A stretch of DNA of 62,112 bases, the filler included. It is 15 parts of 15 records of this genome, joined end to end, with 100 filler letters (N's around TTAATTAATTAA, not from the genome) between each part and the next. Parts side by side here need not be neighbours in the genome. Positions count along the whole stretch, not along the records: positions 20,677 to 25,396 come from SRR15195285_11413; positions 25,497 to 28,561 come from SRR15195285_11414; positions 28,662 to 33,765 come from SRR15195285_11446; 12 more parts are not named here. One strand, given 5' to 3'. The notes beneath the pieces were generated by a model, which ran no database searches, was not told the origin of the DNA, and saw nothing but the letters and a program-made list of their open reading frames with translations. Within the stretch, counting starts at the first letter, position 1; every line of letters starts with the position of its first letter. Below, one piece after another: positions 20,904-33,416 of the stretch. The position numbers and the translations under genes are program-made.

Positions 20904-23900
20904 ATGTTTCTCGCTGCCGTCTTGCAGCTCGCCATCGCAGCAGCGGCAGCAGGCGCAGCAGCAGCCACGGCCGTTGCTGCGGCCACCGGCGCTGTGCCGG
21001 GAGTGCTGACTGTCGACGTCGCTGCGGACTTCGGCTACACTGTGCGTCTGGGCGGTGAGGTATGGCTGTACTCGTCGCCAATCCGCGCCTACTTCGACTA
21101 CACAGAGCACTCAAACCCAGCGAAGGATGGTACTGTGGTGATTTCCAGTGGATCTGATGAGATCGGTAGTTTCACCTCCACTACGCAGCACTATACTGCG
21201 GGCTCGACCCAGTTCAGTACGGCCGTTAAATCATACGCTGCACTGGACGTGGCCATTTTCGAGGTTCGCGTTCCTGGCGGGGCGATCGGTACCAACGCAT
21301 CGGTTCCGGTCGTGCCTGGTGGCTGGCCAGGACCGCGGGGCAACGTGAAGCCAATCGTGGCCTTCCCTGCTTTCGCTACTGACGCAGCCGCCACTGGCAA
21401 CGGCACAGGTCCTGGGCTGGCCTCACTGAAGCTTCAACGGTGGGAGTCTAACTTTTGCTACAGCTCGCACGGACCCGCGTTGTCATGGCAAGGCAACACA
21501 TCTAAGTCGCAGCTCGGGCAGGGCATGTTCGGTGGACCGCTGGTGCTGCACGACACAAAGAACCTCACAGCCGACGCATCGCTCTCGCTTACCACGCTGG
21601 TCGTCGCACCCTTGGACAATCTCAAGCACCATGGATCTTTTCGCAACGACACCACATCGTCTAGTTGGGAACTCGGTGTCTACTCCCATATTACATCACT
21701 ACCCACGAATTTCACCCACCGCACGCTTCTAGTTGGCGGTGCCGGGGTCACTGCCACGGTTGAGAAGTACGGAGCGCTTGCGCAGCGGCTTGCACACACG
21801 AACAAGACTGAAGCGATGAGCAAGGATTTGGTTGTCAACAAGCTGGGCTACTGGACGGACTCTGGTGCTTTCTATTATGGGGACATTCCCTTTAAGCACA
21901 ACCTCTCTGCAATGGCGGCAACCTACAAGGTACGATCTGCTGCTGCTGTTCGTGCGATGAGCTGGCAGTCCACCTGCCTGGTCAGGTGGCAGCGGGAACC
22001 GCCTCTGACCTGTCTTGTGTCAATCGTGGTAGCCGGGGGCTAATATGGAGGAAGTTTCTGTGGCGGTAAAGGCGGCACTGGACCAGCAGAAAGTTCCGAT
22101 CAAATATTGGCAGTGGGATGGTAACTACATGCCAGACCCCACCGAGTTCGGTCTGATCGCGTGTGCTGTGTATTCCTCCACAGTCATTGTCATGCCTGTT
22201 TGCATTACTTCTATCTGGTTTGCGCAGACTGGTGGTATCCCGGCCATGCGGTCTATGTTTACTGCGTTGAATCCTGGGAAATGTTACCCGAACAGTTTCC
22301 TAGTGGACTGGTGCGCTCGGAAACATTCCTCGGCTTGCCTGAAAGTCAACAGGGTTGACACGATATCGTTTTTGGATGGTATGACAGGCTGGGATGTACA
22401 AAAAGCTTGACGTTCCATTTCTCTACTACATGCCGTACTGGTGCATGGACAACAATACTGCGCGCACGGCACAGTGGGAATTTCTGACGCAAGACGACTG
22501 TGGGTGGCAGTGCAAGTACACGTTTGTGCGCGGTGCACAGTCGGAGGCATTCCATACCCAACTTTTTGAAAAGTAAGCACTACTCCTGGGTAGACACAAG
22601 ACAACTTGTTTATACCAGTTGTATGTTTCACAAACCTATCGATATAGTCACACATTTTGTGACTATATGTTGTGTGTTGAGCAGGTATAAGCCTCTTGGA
22701 ATGAGCAACTACGAACAGGTGCGTTGCAGTACAGCATTTGCGTTGTTCGGTCAGAGGTGTACAAAAGGCTGATAGATTCGGTGGCGGCAGGACTTCATGG
22801 TGACCAACTTTGTCAAAACGAATTTGTACTCCACCTCACTGACTGAGTACTTAATCCGCTCAACAAAGGCAGTGTTGTTTCCGTTAGTGATGGCTTATGT
22901 GCGTGTTGGAAGACACTTGTGCTGAGGGCGGACTTGGTACTGATCAGGTACCAGGATTGGGCTGTGGGACTAAACAACGCTGGTCGCAAGACTGAGGTTG
23001 CTATCCAGTTCTGCATGGCCATGCCTAGCGACATTATGTTGAGTGTGCACTTGGACTGGGTGACAAATGCGAGAGCTTCGGATGATTACGCTGGCGGAGT
23101 TGATAACTTGATCAATGTGCCACATGCAAGCCTGCTGATGTGGTCTCTCGGTATGCGTCCAAGGTGCGCTTAGCATGCAACCGACAAGCAATCCACGTTG
23201 TTTCTCCATCGTAGAAATTTTACGCAAAGAGTGTTGCGTTCGCATGTCCCATTCGTATATTATTGCTGATAGTGGTGATGCATGAATTTTCAAATTTTGC
23301 AGCAAAGACAATTTTTGGACACAGAATGTTACCGACAATCCTTATCAGATGCCACACGATAGCTCGCCACGCAACCCCGGCAGCAATCCCGAACTAAACA
23401 CCATCGCAGCGATACTCAGCACTGGGTGCGACTGACTACACAGTGGAGTCGTGGATCGTGATTCGGTCTATGCTGCATCTACGACCTGGATTCATGAATC
23501 TGACTTAGCGCCACCCTGTGTGTCGGTACTTTGTCCTGCCGTGTCTACTGGCCTTTTGCTGGCAGGCCCGTTGGCATTTCCGACAAGGTTGGGCATACGA
23601 ATGCGACGCTCATCATGCGGTGCGCCACCCAAGTGTCTTTGGCATTTTACAACGAATCTCCGCAAAATCAACTGAGAAATACTCCAATCTGTTGCAGAAC
23701 CTGTGACGAAGATGGTGGGCTTTTGCAACCGTCTAAGCCACTCACACCATCGGAGCGGATGTTCAGCGGCATGATTGGCCAGGCTGGTGATTGCGACGGC
23801 TGCCGCGGCGAGCTCCCTCAGGACGGTTCGAACGCCCAAATCTGGAGTATGAAGATTTTGAAAAAGCGTTCTTTGGAACAGAAACCTATCTAGTTGTCTT

Positions 23901-24683
23901 ACCCTGTGACTGACTGCTGCTGTCTCATCCAAGCTCCACTCTGGCGCAGGTACCTACTCTGCAGTTGACGACGTCACGGTGTGGTTCACTGTGGGTGTAT
24001 CCATCGGCAGCAATCCACACGGTCACCATGTACCTGCAGATATTCCGCTGCTACTGAGCACGGTTGATCTTTACCCACCACCTGCAGATGTGGTGACAGG
24101 TCTGATCCATCGCCACTGGCACAGCGAGTGCAAGGATGGGGCAGATGCAGTGGCCTCGGGATGCATTGCTGCCACTGCACCTGATCTTCGATCAACGAAT
24201 CGTAGCACAGGCATGGGCGACCTTCCCTTTGATCTGATTACATCGCAGGCCGTGACTGCTCCTGGCTGGGTCTTACTAGGCGAGCTAGATAAGTAAGGCA
24301 TTCAGTTGCAGCTGGTATCTGCATTGCGTTGGTGCCAGTTGGACCACTTTGCTAGTTCTCTATGTTTAAATAGAGCTGGTGGTTCGAGTCAAGTGTGTAG
24401 GTGTCAGCTAACAGCCGTCGGATTTATGTGACTCTATTCGTGAATGTTGAGTAGGTACACGACAATTTCAGCTAGGCGGTTTACTTCGATTAGTTCAGCT
24501 GCCTCAGGGCTGAAGCTTTATCTCGCAGGCGCGCCGGGTGAGGAGGTAATCATCACTGCGTTGCGAGAGGAGGCGGAGCTGGAGAAAACTGGAGGCAGCC
24601 AGGAGCACGGCAAAGGATACAGGGTTGTGGTCAAGGCGGTGACAATTGGCACTGATGGCACGGCCAAGCTAGCGATAAATTGA
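20904..24683 (+). CDS. Secreted, multi-exon, uncharacterised TIM-barrel glycoside hydrolase related to clan GH-D (GH27/31/36, raffinose-synthase-like)
   Basis: Signal peptide. Spliced motifs LGYWTDSGAFYY, YWQWDDWWY, FPSGL, YEQDF, IQFCM, ARASDDY, PSKDNFWT and LSTGPVGISDKVGHTNATLIMRTCDEDGGLLQP. About 11 GT-AG introns. Confidence 0.75.
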
Positions 24684-25146
24684 TACATGGAGTGCCTACC
24701 ACATAATTATCCGAACAGCGAGTTGCGTCAGATGATTGTCTTTACGCAAAGATAGTATGTTAGCTTGCTTTGAAGACCTAAACGCTGACGAAACATGGAG
24801 ACTCCGAACTCGGAGTCAATTCTAGAATCGACTCGAGCGTATTCAAACACAACCAGCTCAAAGAGTTTTGTTATGCAACCACATTACTGCAAGTGTGCAC
24901 CACGTTGTGACTCTCTAGGCTGGCATTCGAATACCCGAAGGCTGTAGCAGAGCATCCAAAATCTGATTCGGTCGTGGATCGCCATGCAGGCAAAGTCTTC
25001 ACCATCTCCGTCACCATCGATACTCCAGAGAAAGCATGGAGGTGGCTGTGATGGATGGCTAGGAGTGGTACAGGCCGCGGTGTGAGGCGCTTGAGATTGG
25101 CTTTGAGGGCGTCAATCCGCTGCACCCCGCGGCGGTTACCCTGGTT

Positions 25147-25324
25147 CTAGGGCGTCACACCGCTGATCGGTGCCGCGTTGAGCTTCCATACATCCAGATC
25201 GCTCACAGCTCCGCCAACACCAGGGACGATACCGACGCAAGTACCGTTGAGAATCGGGAAGAGGTTGGTAGTGATCGCCACCCTCTCGTCAGCAAAGACT
25301 TCCAGATTGTAGCCATCCAGGAAC
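25147..25324 (-). CDS. Last exon of a probable GH32-type C-terminal beta-sandwich (partial)
   Basis: FLDGYNLEVFADERVAITTNLFP...LDVWKL resembles the GH32 C-terminal pattern (FxDxSxxEVF...TxRxYP...WxL). Preceded by a TGCAG acceptor. Confidence 0.55.
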
Positions 25325-25366
25325 TGCACACACATTATGCACCCAACCAATCAGTTTAGGTCAGAC

Positions 25367-25396
25367 GCAGATGCAGATGCAGATGCAGATGCAGAT
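25367..25396. repeat. (GCAGAT)5 microsatellite at the contig end
   Basis: Read directly from the sequence. Confidence 0.9.
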
Positions 25397-25499
25397 NNNN
25401 NNNNNNNNNNNNNNNNNNNNNNNNNNNNNNNNNNNNNNNNTTAATTAATTAANNNNNNNNNNNNNNNNNNNNNNNNNNNNNNNNNNNNNNNNNNNNCAG

Positions 25500-25898
25500 A
25501 TGGCAAAGGATGCTGCCGCTGATCCAAATGGCGACAGTGACAAGGGTGAAGAAGTGGAGGTGGACGAAGCTCCGAACGAGGTCAAGGTGCGTGTCGCGGT
25601 CGCGTTCAACGAGGTTGGAATGCAGCTATACCAGCGCCATCAGTACGCGGAATCCTTTGACTACTTTTCGAAGAGCATCGAGCACCTACCAGAAGTGTTA
25701 GAGTACCGCTTGAACCGCTTCCATGCGGCAGACGCGTGTGGACAGCTGCAGGCGGCTAAAGAAGACCTGCAAACGGCAGTTCGTTTAGAGCCAGACAACA
25801 CGTATGTGCGCAGCAGGCTGCGGGATCTAGAGACTGCAAGCAGCAAGGATGCAAATTCAACAGGGAGAAGAACCCCGCAGGGGCAAAGCTTTCGATAG
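25500..25898 (+). CDS. TPR-repeat protein, probably a C-terminal fragment
   Basis: FNEVGMQLYQRHQYAESFDYFSKSIEHLPE..YRLNRFHAADACGQLQAAKEDLQTAVRLEPDN gives two TPR units. Confidence 0.75.
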   Translation: MAKDAAADPNGDSDKGEEVEVDEAPNEVKVRVAVAFNEVGMQLYQRHQYAESFDYFSKSIEHLPEVLEYRLNRFHAADACGQLQAAKEDLQTAVRLEPDNTYVRSRLRDLETASSKDANSTGRRTPQGQSFR

Positions 25899-26054
25899 CA
25901 ACTTGGTTTGATTGAAAGTGTTCGTATCCGGTTTCTGTGCCAGTGACACATTCCGTTGCCCACGCGTCAGTTGCTTGCCTCGTGTGCAGCAGCATATCCA
26001 TTCGAATATATCACTAGGCGCGCGAGGTATATATACCGGTATGCTTTCATGGCG

Positions 26055-27835
26055 TCACGAATCGTCCTGAAGTTCCGCCGATCTAGGTGCATACAAGTCG
26101 GCTCGGGATTTGGCTATCAGAAATGCCGTGTTGCTGTAATCCTCTAGCATGGGATTATACCCTGTCCGCGTCTCCGTGCGTCTCGGATTCACATTCCGCG
26201 AAAGAAACACATCTGAGGACATCACCATCGCGCGCGCGCTCGGACCCATTACCTCGGAGTAAGCCGATGCTAACCATCGAAAGTCCGTGGCAAAGAAAAT
26301 GTCTGCGTTGCCCGCATTCTCCAAGTAGCTCCCATGGTCAACTTTCCCACCCGCGGACGAGACGATTGGAGCGTTCAATGCAGTGTCCCGCTGCCCTGAT
26401 ATCTGAGAGGGCCAAGGTAGATGGTCGAAATCAGCCGCCACCAGGACATGGTTAGGTACTGCGAGCTTCAGTGACTCGAGTAGCTGCAGGGAGCCCGTAG
26501 GTATGAAGCGCGGTGTCGGCACCACACCATGCGTGCGCGTCATCCACTCCTCGCCACGCGTACGTAAGACACCGAGGACGCCACGCTGTCATGCCCGACA
26601 GGATGGCATACACATGTCCACACCCAGACCCAGACTTCAGCAGTAGCACTTCAATGAGCATGGCGCGATGTCGGAATGTCACACGGTACGAACACATCTC
26701 CAAACACCAAGGTGAGTTCACTAAATATGCGAGGGTGTCCAACGCACCAACAAAGATCCCAGGATACCTTCGCCTGACGCTCGACCTGGCGTGTAGTCTG
26801 GATGCCGGACCACCTGCTGTACGGAGTCGTCGACCTCACACTGCTGGTGCATACGGTCTATCTCGAGTGCACGGCACAGCAGTGAATCACTTAAAGGCTC
26901 AGCCAGCTCTACAGGTACCCGAGTCTTTTCATCTACCCCTATGACTATTTGATGCGCCTCAATCCCATCGGTCTGTCTTCTCCCGGTCGCGTGGCTGAAT
27001 CTGACCTTGTCGTGTGGCAAGTTGTCAAGCACTTCCATCAAGATGACATAGCACAGCTCCTCGCCACCCACTCCTGCTGCAGTAGCCCAGCAGGAGCGCG
27101 TGTCGGTGATATCCCCTGCAACCACGGCAAAATTTCGGTGCCCCGCCTGCTCTACTGTCTCGGTTGCGCGCTGGCCCATGGCTGCCGAGAGCTCCACGTC
27201 AGTGTAGCTGGCTGCGGCGTACACGTCGGGCGCTTGATCGCGCAGATAATCCAGAACGTGACGAGCGTGTGTACCAGCACCGCCCCCAGCTTCGACAATG
27301 CGTAGTGTTGGTGCTGTGGTGGGGGAGCAAGCCGTCGCGCGGCGGAAGTCAGTCAGAATCCATTGTGCAACAGCGTATGAGTACCACGGCTGCGAAACAG
27401 CACAGTCGCACACGCTGAGACGACCAGCAGCGGCAACGAACTGGTTGCACATATCGAGAGAGCAATGGGACGCACCGCGAAGATTTCGACCGGTGTGAGC
27501 CATGCGTCATCCTCGGCGGCATACAGCTCCCCCAGCTTCTTGGTGTACTCGGACTTGCCGCGCAGCTTCGTGAAGTCCAACGGTTCCACGGGAGCGTGCA
27601 AGCAGGTAGTGGTGGCGAAATAGCCGGACTGAGAGTCGTACAGCGCCCGCCATATGAAGTCCCGCACCAGCTCTCGCGATGGTTGCGTGCTGCTGCCAGA
27701 ATGGGTCGCAACCGAGCATGCTGGGCAGAACCCTTGCCATGGCCGGCGTGCCAATGGCTGGTGCAGCGCCCTGTTCGCGACTGCGGATCGTCGCAGGGCG
27801 CTGACTCCTCTGCACTGGCGAGCCGCCAGGTGCAT
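26055..27835 (-). CDS. Mitochondrial SAM-dependent methyltransferase, MidA/NDUFAF7 family
   Basis: Arg-rich presequence; LVRDFIWRALYDSQSGYF, WLTPVEIF, IVEAGGGAGT, EVLDNLPHD, FIPTG, AADFDHLP and ADIFFATDF across at least 3 exons. Confidence 0.88.
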
Positions 27836-28236
27836 TCGGAGGCTACTAGGTATTGTGCAAGTGGCCCCCTGGCTCGTGGGTGTGCCAGTCGGTGACGCCA
27901 GCGTTGATCAACCGCCCCCCGTCATCACAGCAGCCCGCTGCGCCGGAACCGGCACTCCGTCAGCGACTGCTTATCGTCACGGATTCTCTCGAGGGCTACG
28001 TACGCAGGTATACCAGCGACCGCGCACAGACGACACTCGACGACAGGCAGCGCGCCGCGCGCGCACCGGCGGCACGGCCGCGCAGCCGGCCCGGTGGAGT
28101 GGAAGAAGAAACCAAGCAATTGGCAATGCTATTGGGGCCTCGCGTTCTCGAGGCCTGCGAGCCAGCGATGTGCACCGCCAGGCCGGCGCTGATGCCCAGG
28201 TCCGAGTCCGGGCCTGATGTGGCTTGTGTTGCGCCC

Positions 28237-28561
28237 CTATGTGCGGGTGGCAGCTTGGGCATGGTCGCTAGCGAAGATGACTTTTGAAGCAATATACGCT
28301 TGTACCATGTAGTCGAGGTTGGCCTTTAAGAGGAGAGCGTGTGGGCCGAGGATTGCGAGCGCGTCGGCGTAGCGCTGCATTGTTGGAAGCACAGTTTTGT
28401 ACTCGTCCATGTTTATTGAGCCATTGAGGCTCACACCGTCCTCGTCTTCCCCGTCTTCCCCTGATGCGTCCAGCACATCAACGTCGGGCCCTACGTTTTC
28501 GTACGTGGACTCGTCAAAATAGTTGACCGTGTCGAGCTGACGCACACCTTGCTCACCCGGA
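28237..28561 (-). CDS. Hypothetical protein fragment (acidic; 5' truncated)
   Basis: Frame is open from the contig end and has coding-like composition. No domain recognised. Confidence 0.35.
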
Positions 28562-28882
28562 NNNNNNNNNNNNNNNNNNNNNNNNNNNNNNNNNNNNNNN
28601 NNNNNTTAATTAATTAANNNNNNNNNNNNNNNNNNNNNNNNNNNNNNNNNNNNNNNNNNNNTCGTATTGATATAGCTCGGGGCAGGCCTAGCATGATTGA
28701 TGATTGGAAACGCTCCTCCTCCGTCCCGACGAACGACCGTCCGCGGTACCGTAGGATCCAGTCGGTTTGTGAGCCCCGGAAATGGGTCGGGCGGGATGAA
28801 GAACGGGTGCCGCTCATGGTGCCGCTGAGTTTAGCTAGCGATTCCTACCGGAATTCTGCGTTTATACTGGCTATTATACTCA

Positions 28883-30502
28883 ATGCTGTTCATCAGGCTA
28901 TTCGATCTACAAAGGGACGTCACGCGTCACGCACAGCTGGGCGGCAGGGATATGGTCGCCCCAAGCCGCTCGCGCTCCCGGCTGCCTCCGCTCTCTGCGC
29001 GGTCCCATGGCTCTGAGCTTAGGGCGCAGAGCTCGCGGTTTGCGTTGCCTGGAGGTGGGGGTGGGGAGCGTGGCTGGCGTGAGGCGTTGACGGCGCGAGC
29101 AGCCACCGGTGGTCCGCGGAGCGAGACGGTTGGGCTTGGGTCGGACAGCCGGCAGGAAGCGATGGAGACCATCAGGCAGCTACGCGAGGGAGCGAGGCGT
29201 GCAAAGACACATGACCGTCAGGAGTGGCGGAAACGGACAGACTTGATCAGGAATCTGTGGGCGAGTCGGTTGGAGGAGAGCACGGCCGCGCAGTCGCCAC
29301 GGATGAAGGGTGGTGACCACAGAATCGCGGCCGGCCAGAACAGACCATGGTACACGGCGGTGAGCTTGACGCAGGGCGAAAAGTTGAAGCAGTCCCGAGA
29401 GCTGCAGTGGGTGGCAAGTCGCGTCTCAGCCGCGCAGAAGAAACAGCTCCCCGCAAACGTCGAGAGCCAGCGTCGCCGAAAAGGTCACGGCCAGACACTC
29501 CAGCCACACCCGCCTCCGCCGAAAGAAGACGAGAGCGAAGACTCCGTGTGGACGTGCTGTAGCTGGAGCCCCGATGGCCGTCATGCTGTTCTTGGTACCG
29601 AAGATTCGAGTGCGGTGCTTGTCGACGCCAGCACGTTTGATGTGCTGTATAAGGTGCAAGATGGCTGGCAGGGAACTAGCAAGTGCTGCAGCTGGAGCCC
29701 AGACGGTCGGCATTACGCCATAGGCGCCGGAGACTGCAGCGCGGCGGTGGTGGAAGCAGCGACAGGCAACATAATTCAGCGAATCCACAGGGTACACACC
29801 AAGCCGATCCAGTGCTGTTGCTTCAGTCCTGACGGGAGCCTGATTTGCCTAGGTGCTTCGGACGGCACAGCTTCGCTAATCAACAGCTCGGACGGATATC
29901 TCATCCACAAGATCAAGATGACAGACGGTGAGGCCGTTCCAGTTTGTGGATTCAGCCCAGATGGCCTAGTCCTGTGCCTCGGCTCAGATGTCAGCACAGC
30001 TCTGCTTGTTGACGTGTCGACTGGGCGCCCGCTGCGGCGTATCACCAACGTGAACGGTGAACGATTCGGACCAAGTATGGTGACGAGTCTTTTCCATGAT
30101 TCCCGTCTGCCAAAGCAGATGGATTTCTTAGAGTCTCTGACGCCCCCAGGCACCGCTAATTCTTCGGCGGTGCGACAACGGATTCGCCCACGGCCCGCGC
30201 CAATGTGGGAGGACGATAAGAAAGAATCCTCTGCACGGAAGATCGAGGCTTACGTCCGCCCCGAGACCCCGGACGAATTCATACCACAAGTGGGAGACCT
30301 GGTACAGTTGAAGGAGGATCCATCAGCTGTTATGACCGTGGTGAGGATCTCTGACGACGGCGCATATATGATGTTTCGTTATGCAACCACTGGTAATCCC
30401 ACACCTGCGGCAGTCAAGTACAAGACGCTCGAGAGACTACAGAAAGAATGCGTTGCACATGTACTTGAGCAGTCGAGTGGCGAGGCTCGCGCGGAAAGAT
30501 GA
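28883..30502 (+). CDS. WD40-repeat protein (start may be the ATG at 28952)
   Basis: Four repeats of the CCSWSPDGRH / CCFSPDG...GASDGTASL type (~29545-30030). Confidence 0.85.
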   Translation: MLFIRLFDLQRDVTRHAQLGGRDMVAPSRSRSRLPPLSARSHGSELRAQSSRFALPGGGGGERGWREALTARAATGGPRSETVGLGSDSRQEAMETIRQLREGARRAKTHDRQEWRKRTDLIRNLWASRLEESTAAQSPRMKGGDHRIAAGQNRPWYTAVSLTQGEKLKQSRELQWVASRVSAAQKKQLPANVESQRRRKGHGQTLQPHPPPPKEDESEDSVWTCCSWSPDGRHAVLGTEDSSAVLVDASTFDVLYKVQDGWQGTSKCCSWSPDGRHYAIGAGDCSAAVVEAATGNIIQRIHRVHTKPIQCCCFSPDGSLICLGASDGTASLINSSDGYLIHKIKMTDGEAVPVCGFSPDGLVLCLGSDVSTALLVDVSTGRPLRRITNVNGERFGPSMVTSLFHDSRLPKQMDFLESLTPPGTANSSAVRQRIRPRPAPMWEDDKKESSARKIEAYVRPETPDEFIPQVGDLVQLKEDPSAVMTVVRISDDGAYMMFRYATTGNPTPAAVKYKTLERLQKECVAHVLEQSSGEARAER

Positions 30503-30526
30503 CACAATTCATTGAACGATTTGTGA

Positions 30527-33401
30527 CTACTCGCCGCACTCAATCATCACGCACGCATCGCACGCGTCACCTGGTAGATAGTCGCGGCAGCAGGGCTCAC
30601 AAGTGTTGCAAGGTGGTGTGCTGGCTGCGCACACCCATTCTGGTGCGGGGGTTGGTGGGGGAGGAGGAAGCGGCGGCGTCCCGCCTGTCCCGGAGGTGTA
30701 CTGCCAGCCCTTCCCGTGTGGCCCATCCAGTAGAAACGTGTCGCCGCCGTCCTCGGACGTGATGCGCAACTCACTGCCGAGCACCTCAGCCGCACCATAG
30801 TCGACATCAGTGTTGCAGTGGTGGTGCAGGTACACATCCGCAACCGCAAGCAGTCTATCTAGCGTCTCTTGGGCAGGTGCGCTGCCTGCGTTTGGAAGCC
30901 CACAGTTGAGCAGCGCCACCTGTGGCAGGAGGCCGTTCAGGTAAGTCTCGGTGTTAGCTGTCGCAGCGCCGTAATTGTTCGCGTGCATCACGTCAACCCG
31001 TCCTACCCGCGGGACAACCGTTGCTTCCACGTCGTTGATACCCCCGTTCGCATACACGCCATTGATGTCGCCTGCAGTGATGTAGGTAAACTGCCCATAC
31101 TTGATCCGAAGTGCCAAAGAATAATCCTGCTCTACCGGTGGAGCCCCGAAGCCGTAGCGTCTATCCCCTGACAGTGGCGTGACTCCATCGGCAAGCAGCA
31201 CGCCATCACCGTCCACGTACGCTATGAGAACCTCCGCTCCTGCGTCCGGCGGCCGAATCTGTTCGGTTGAACCGGCGATGGCTACCTCCCGCAACGAGAA
31301 CATGCGAGAACCAGAGTGTGGATCTGTGGCCCAGCACGCCCAACGCTCGGCGGTCGTCAGTGTGGCCCCAGCATTAAGCCACCTGACAAGTTCCATCTGC
31401 TCTTCACTAGGGGCTCCTGTCTCTGGAAGAATGCATGCCGTTTCGCCGAGCCACTGTGCCCCAGCGCGGTCAACGACTTTGTCAAATGTCACCCCGCCTC
31501 CCTCGATCAGCCGAAAGAGACCGCCGAACCCAGGGTAGCCGACATGGTCAGTCCGCCAGTTGGTGACGACCGCGACGTTGACGTGCGTGTGCCCAAGGAT
31601 TTGTCGCACGGCCTGCGTGACGCGTGTCGCGCCGATCTGAGAATTCCAACTGTTTTCAGGGACATCGATGAGGATCGAGAACCCGGACGGGAAGACGATA
31701 AGCTGTGCATCTCCACGCCCAACATCAAGCACCCGAATCTCGAAAGTTCCCTGTGCCCACTTTGCGTGAGGCGAAGGCCGGTGAACCTCATCCTGCAACT
31801 GCTGCTGTGCGCTTTGGCTCTCGGTGCCGTTGAAACCTGGTTCGCAGTTCTCATCCGCGCATCTGTCGCACATTTCGCCGGCAGGAATGTAGCTGTGACA
31901 GCATGCAGCACATGTGTCACAGGGCGGGATGCTTGTTGTGCATATGTGTCGACCGTCGGGAAGTCCTCCTCGGGACGTGTACTCAGTATCGTCAACTAGG
32001 AACGTGGCACCGCCATCGCTGGAGGCGATGAAAATATCACTCCCAACGAACCGCGAGGACCCGTAATCCCTGCTGGAGTCGCAAACATGATGGAGATACA
32101 CATCTCCGGCAGCCAGCACCCGGTTGAGCACAACCTGTGCTGGATGTCCGTGCGAATTGTCCACGCCACACGAAATCAGCGAGGCCTGCGGGCGGAGCAC
32201 GTCAACGAAGAACTGGTTCGTCGAGTGGCTCGAACCGTGGTGGTTGACCTGGAATAGATCGACCTGCCCGACCAGGTCAGCAATCGGTGTCTCTACGTCG
32301 TTGTACGAGTAACCGAATCGGCTCACGTTGTACTGCCCATCCAGATCGCCACCTGTGAAATACGAGAAGTTCCCATGCCGGATCACCAGTGCGATGCAGT
32401 AGTCGTTCTCACTTGGCGGCAGGAGTGCTCCAGATGCATTGCGAAAGAAGCGTTGGTCACCGCTCACTGGCGTCTCTCCATCGACCATTTTCACCCCTTT
32501 CGCGTCTGTGATGATGACCTCGACGCTGCTGTCTGCATCGGGTGGGTTGAACTGGTCTGAGCCCTCGACTGCTACCTCGCGCAGGCTGTAGATTTGCTCG
32601 TTCCGCGGGTCGGTAGCCCAGCACACCCAGCGTTCGCCGGTGCCACCGGAGGTTCCCATGTTTCGCCAATCAAACTGCTCGAGGACCTCGGGATCCAGTG
32701 GGCCGCTGTCGGGCAGGTCGCACGGTCCTTCGCCCGCCCAACGAGCACCGTCCCGGTCGATGATCTTGTCGAACGTCAGCCGCCCAGTGGTGATCAGGTA
32801 CCAGAAGCCACCGTATCCAACGTAGCCCAGGTGGTCGAGATGCCAGTGAGACGGCGAGCCGATGTTGACGTGCGTGTGCCCGAGGACCGCCTCGACCTTC
32901 GCCGCCACCAGCTGCGCCCCCCGGGCCGTGTTCCAGCTGTTCTCCGCGACGTCGATCAGAATCGTAAACCCGGACGGAAAGATGACGAGTTGCGAGTTGC
33001 CCTGGCCCACCTCGAACATGTGGATCTCGAAGTGCCCTTCCGTCCAGCGTGTCGTGTTCTCCCGCACGTCCGCCAGCCGCGCCGCGAACTCCGCGTCGCT
33101 CATCGGCTCTGCGCTCGGATCCAGCCCATCGTCCTCCCCGGCAGTCCACCGCGCTCCGAGTTGATCCGTCCCGTTCTCTCTGCGGCATCAAACGACAGTG
33201 TAAGAAACAGCATAGGCGAACGGCACACAACAGCATCCTTTCGTTACGGAAGCGACCGCCGGGGATTACATTGGCTGCAGCGACGGGAGACGCTGTCCAC
33301 AGAGAGTCCACTAGACAGTCCACTCACGGTTGACGAGCTGACCGCAGCGGGGCGGCGTCGAGCGTTGTGAGCAGCAGGAACAGCGCCGTCCAGCCCCACA
33401 T
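30527..33401 (-). CDS. Secreted tandem ComEC/Rec2-type metallo-beta-lactamase-fold hydrolase with two Cys-rich modules
   Basis: Exon 1 starts at ATG 33401 (MWGWTALFLLLTTLDA, signal peptide). Intron GTGAGT..CCGCAG (~33180-33327) joins it in frame to the 858-aa ORF. Motifs VGQGNS, ILID, SHWHLDHLG, ENDYC, FTGGDL, NHHGSSHS and NSHGHP. Confidence 0.85.
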
Positions 33402-33416
33402 GATCTACGGGGATGG

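Noticed and set aside
30527-33401. Natural-competence DNA uptake system (ComEC)
   Set aside because: Only the MBL domain is present. There is no multi-pass Competence channel or OB domain and no other com genes.
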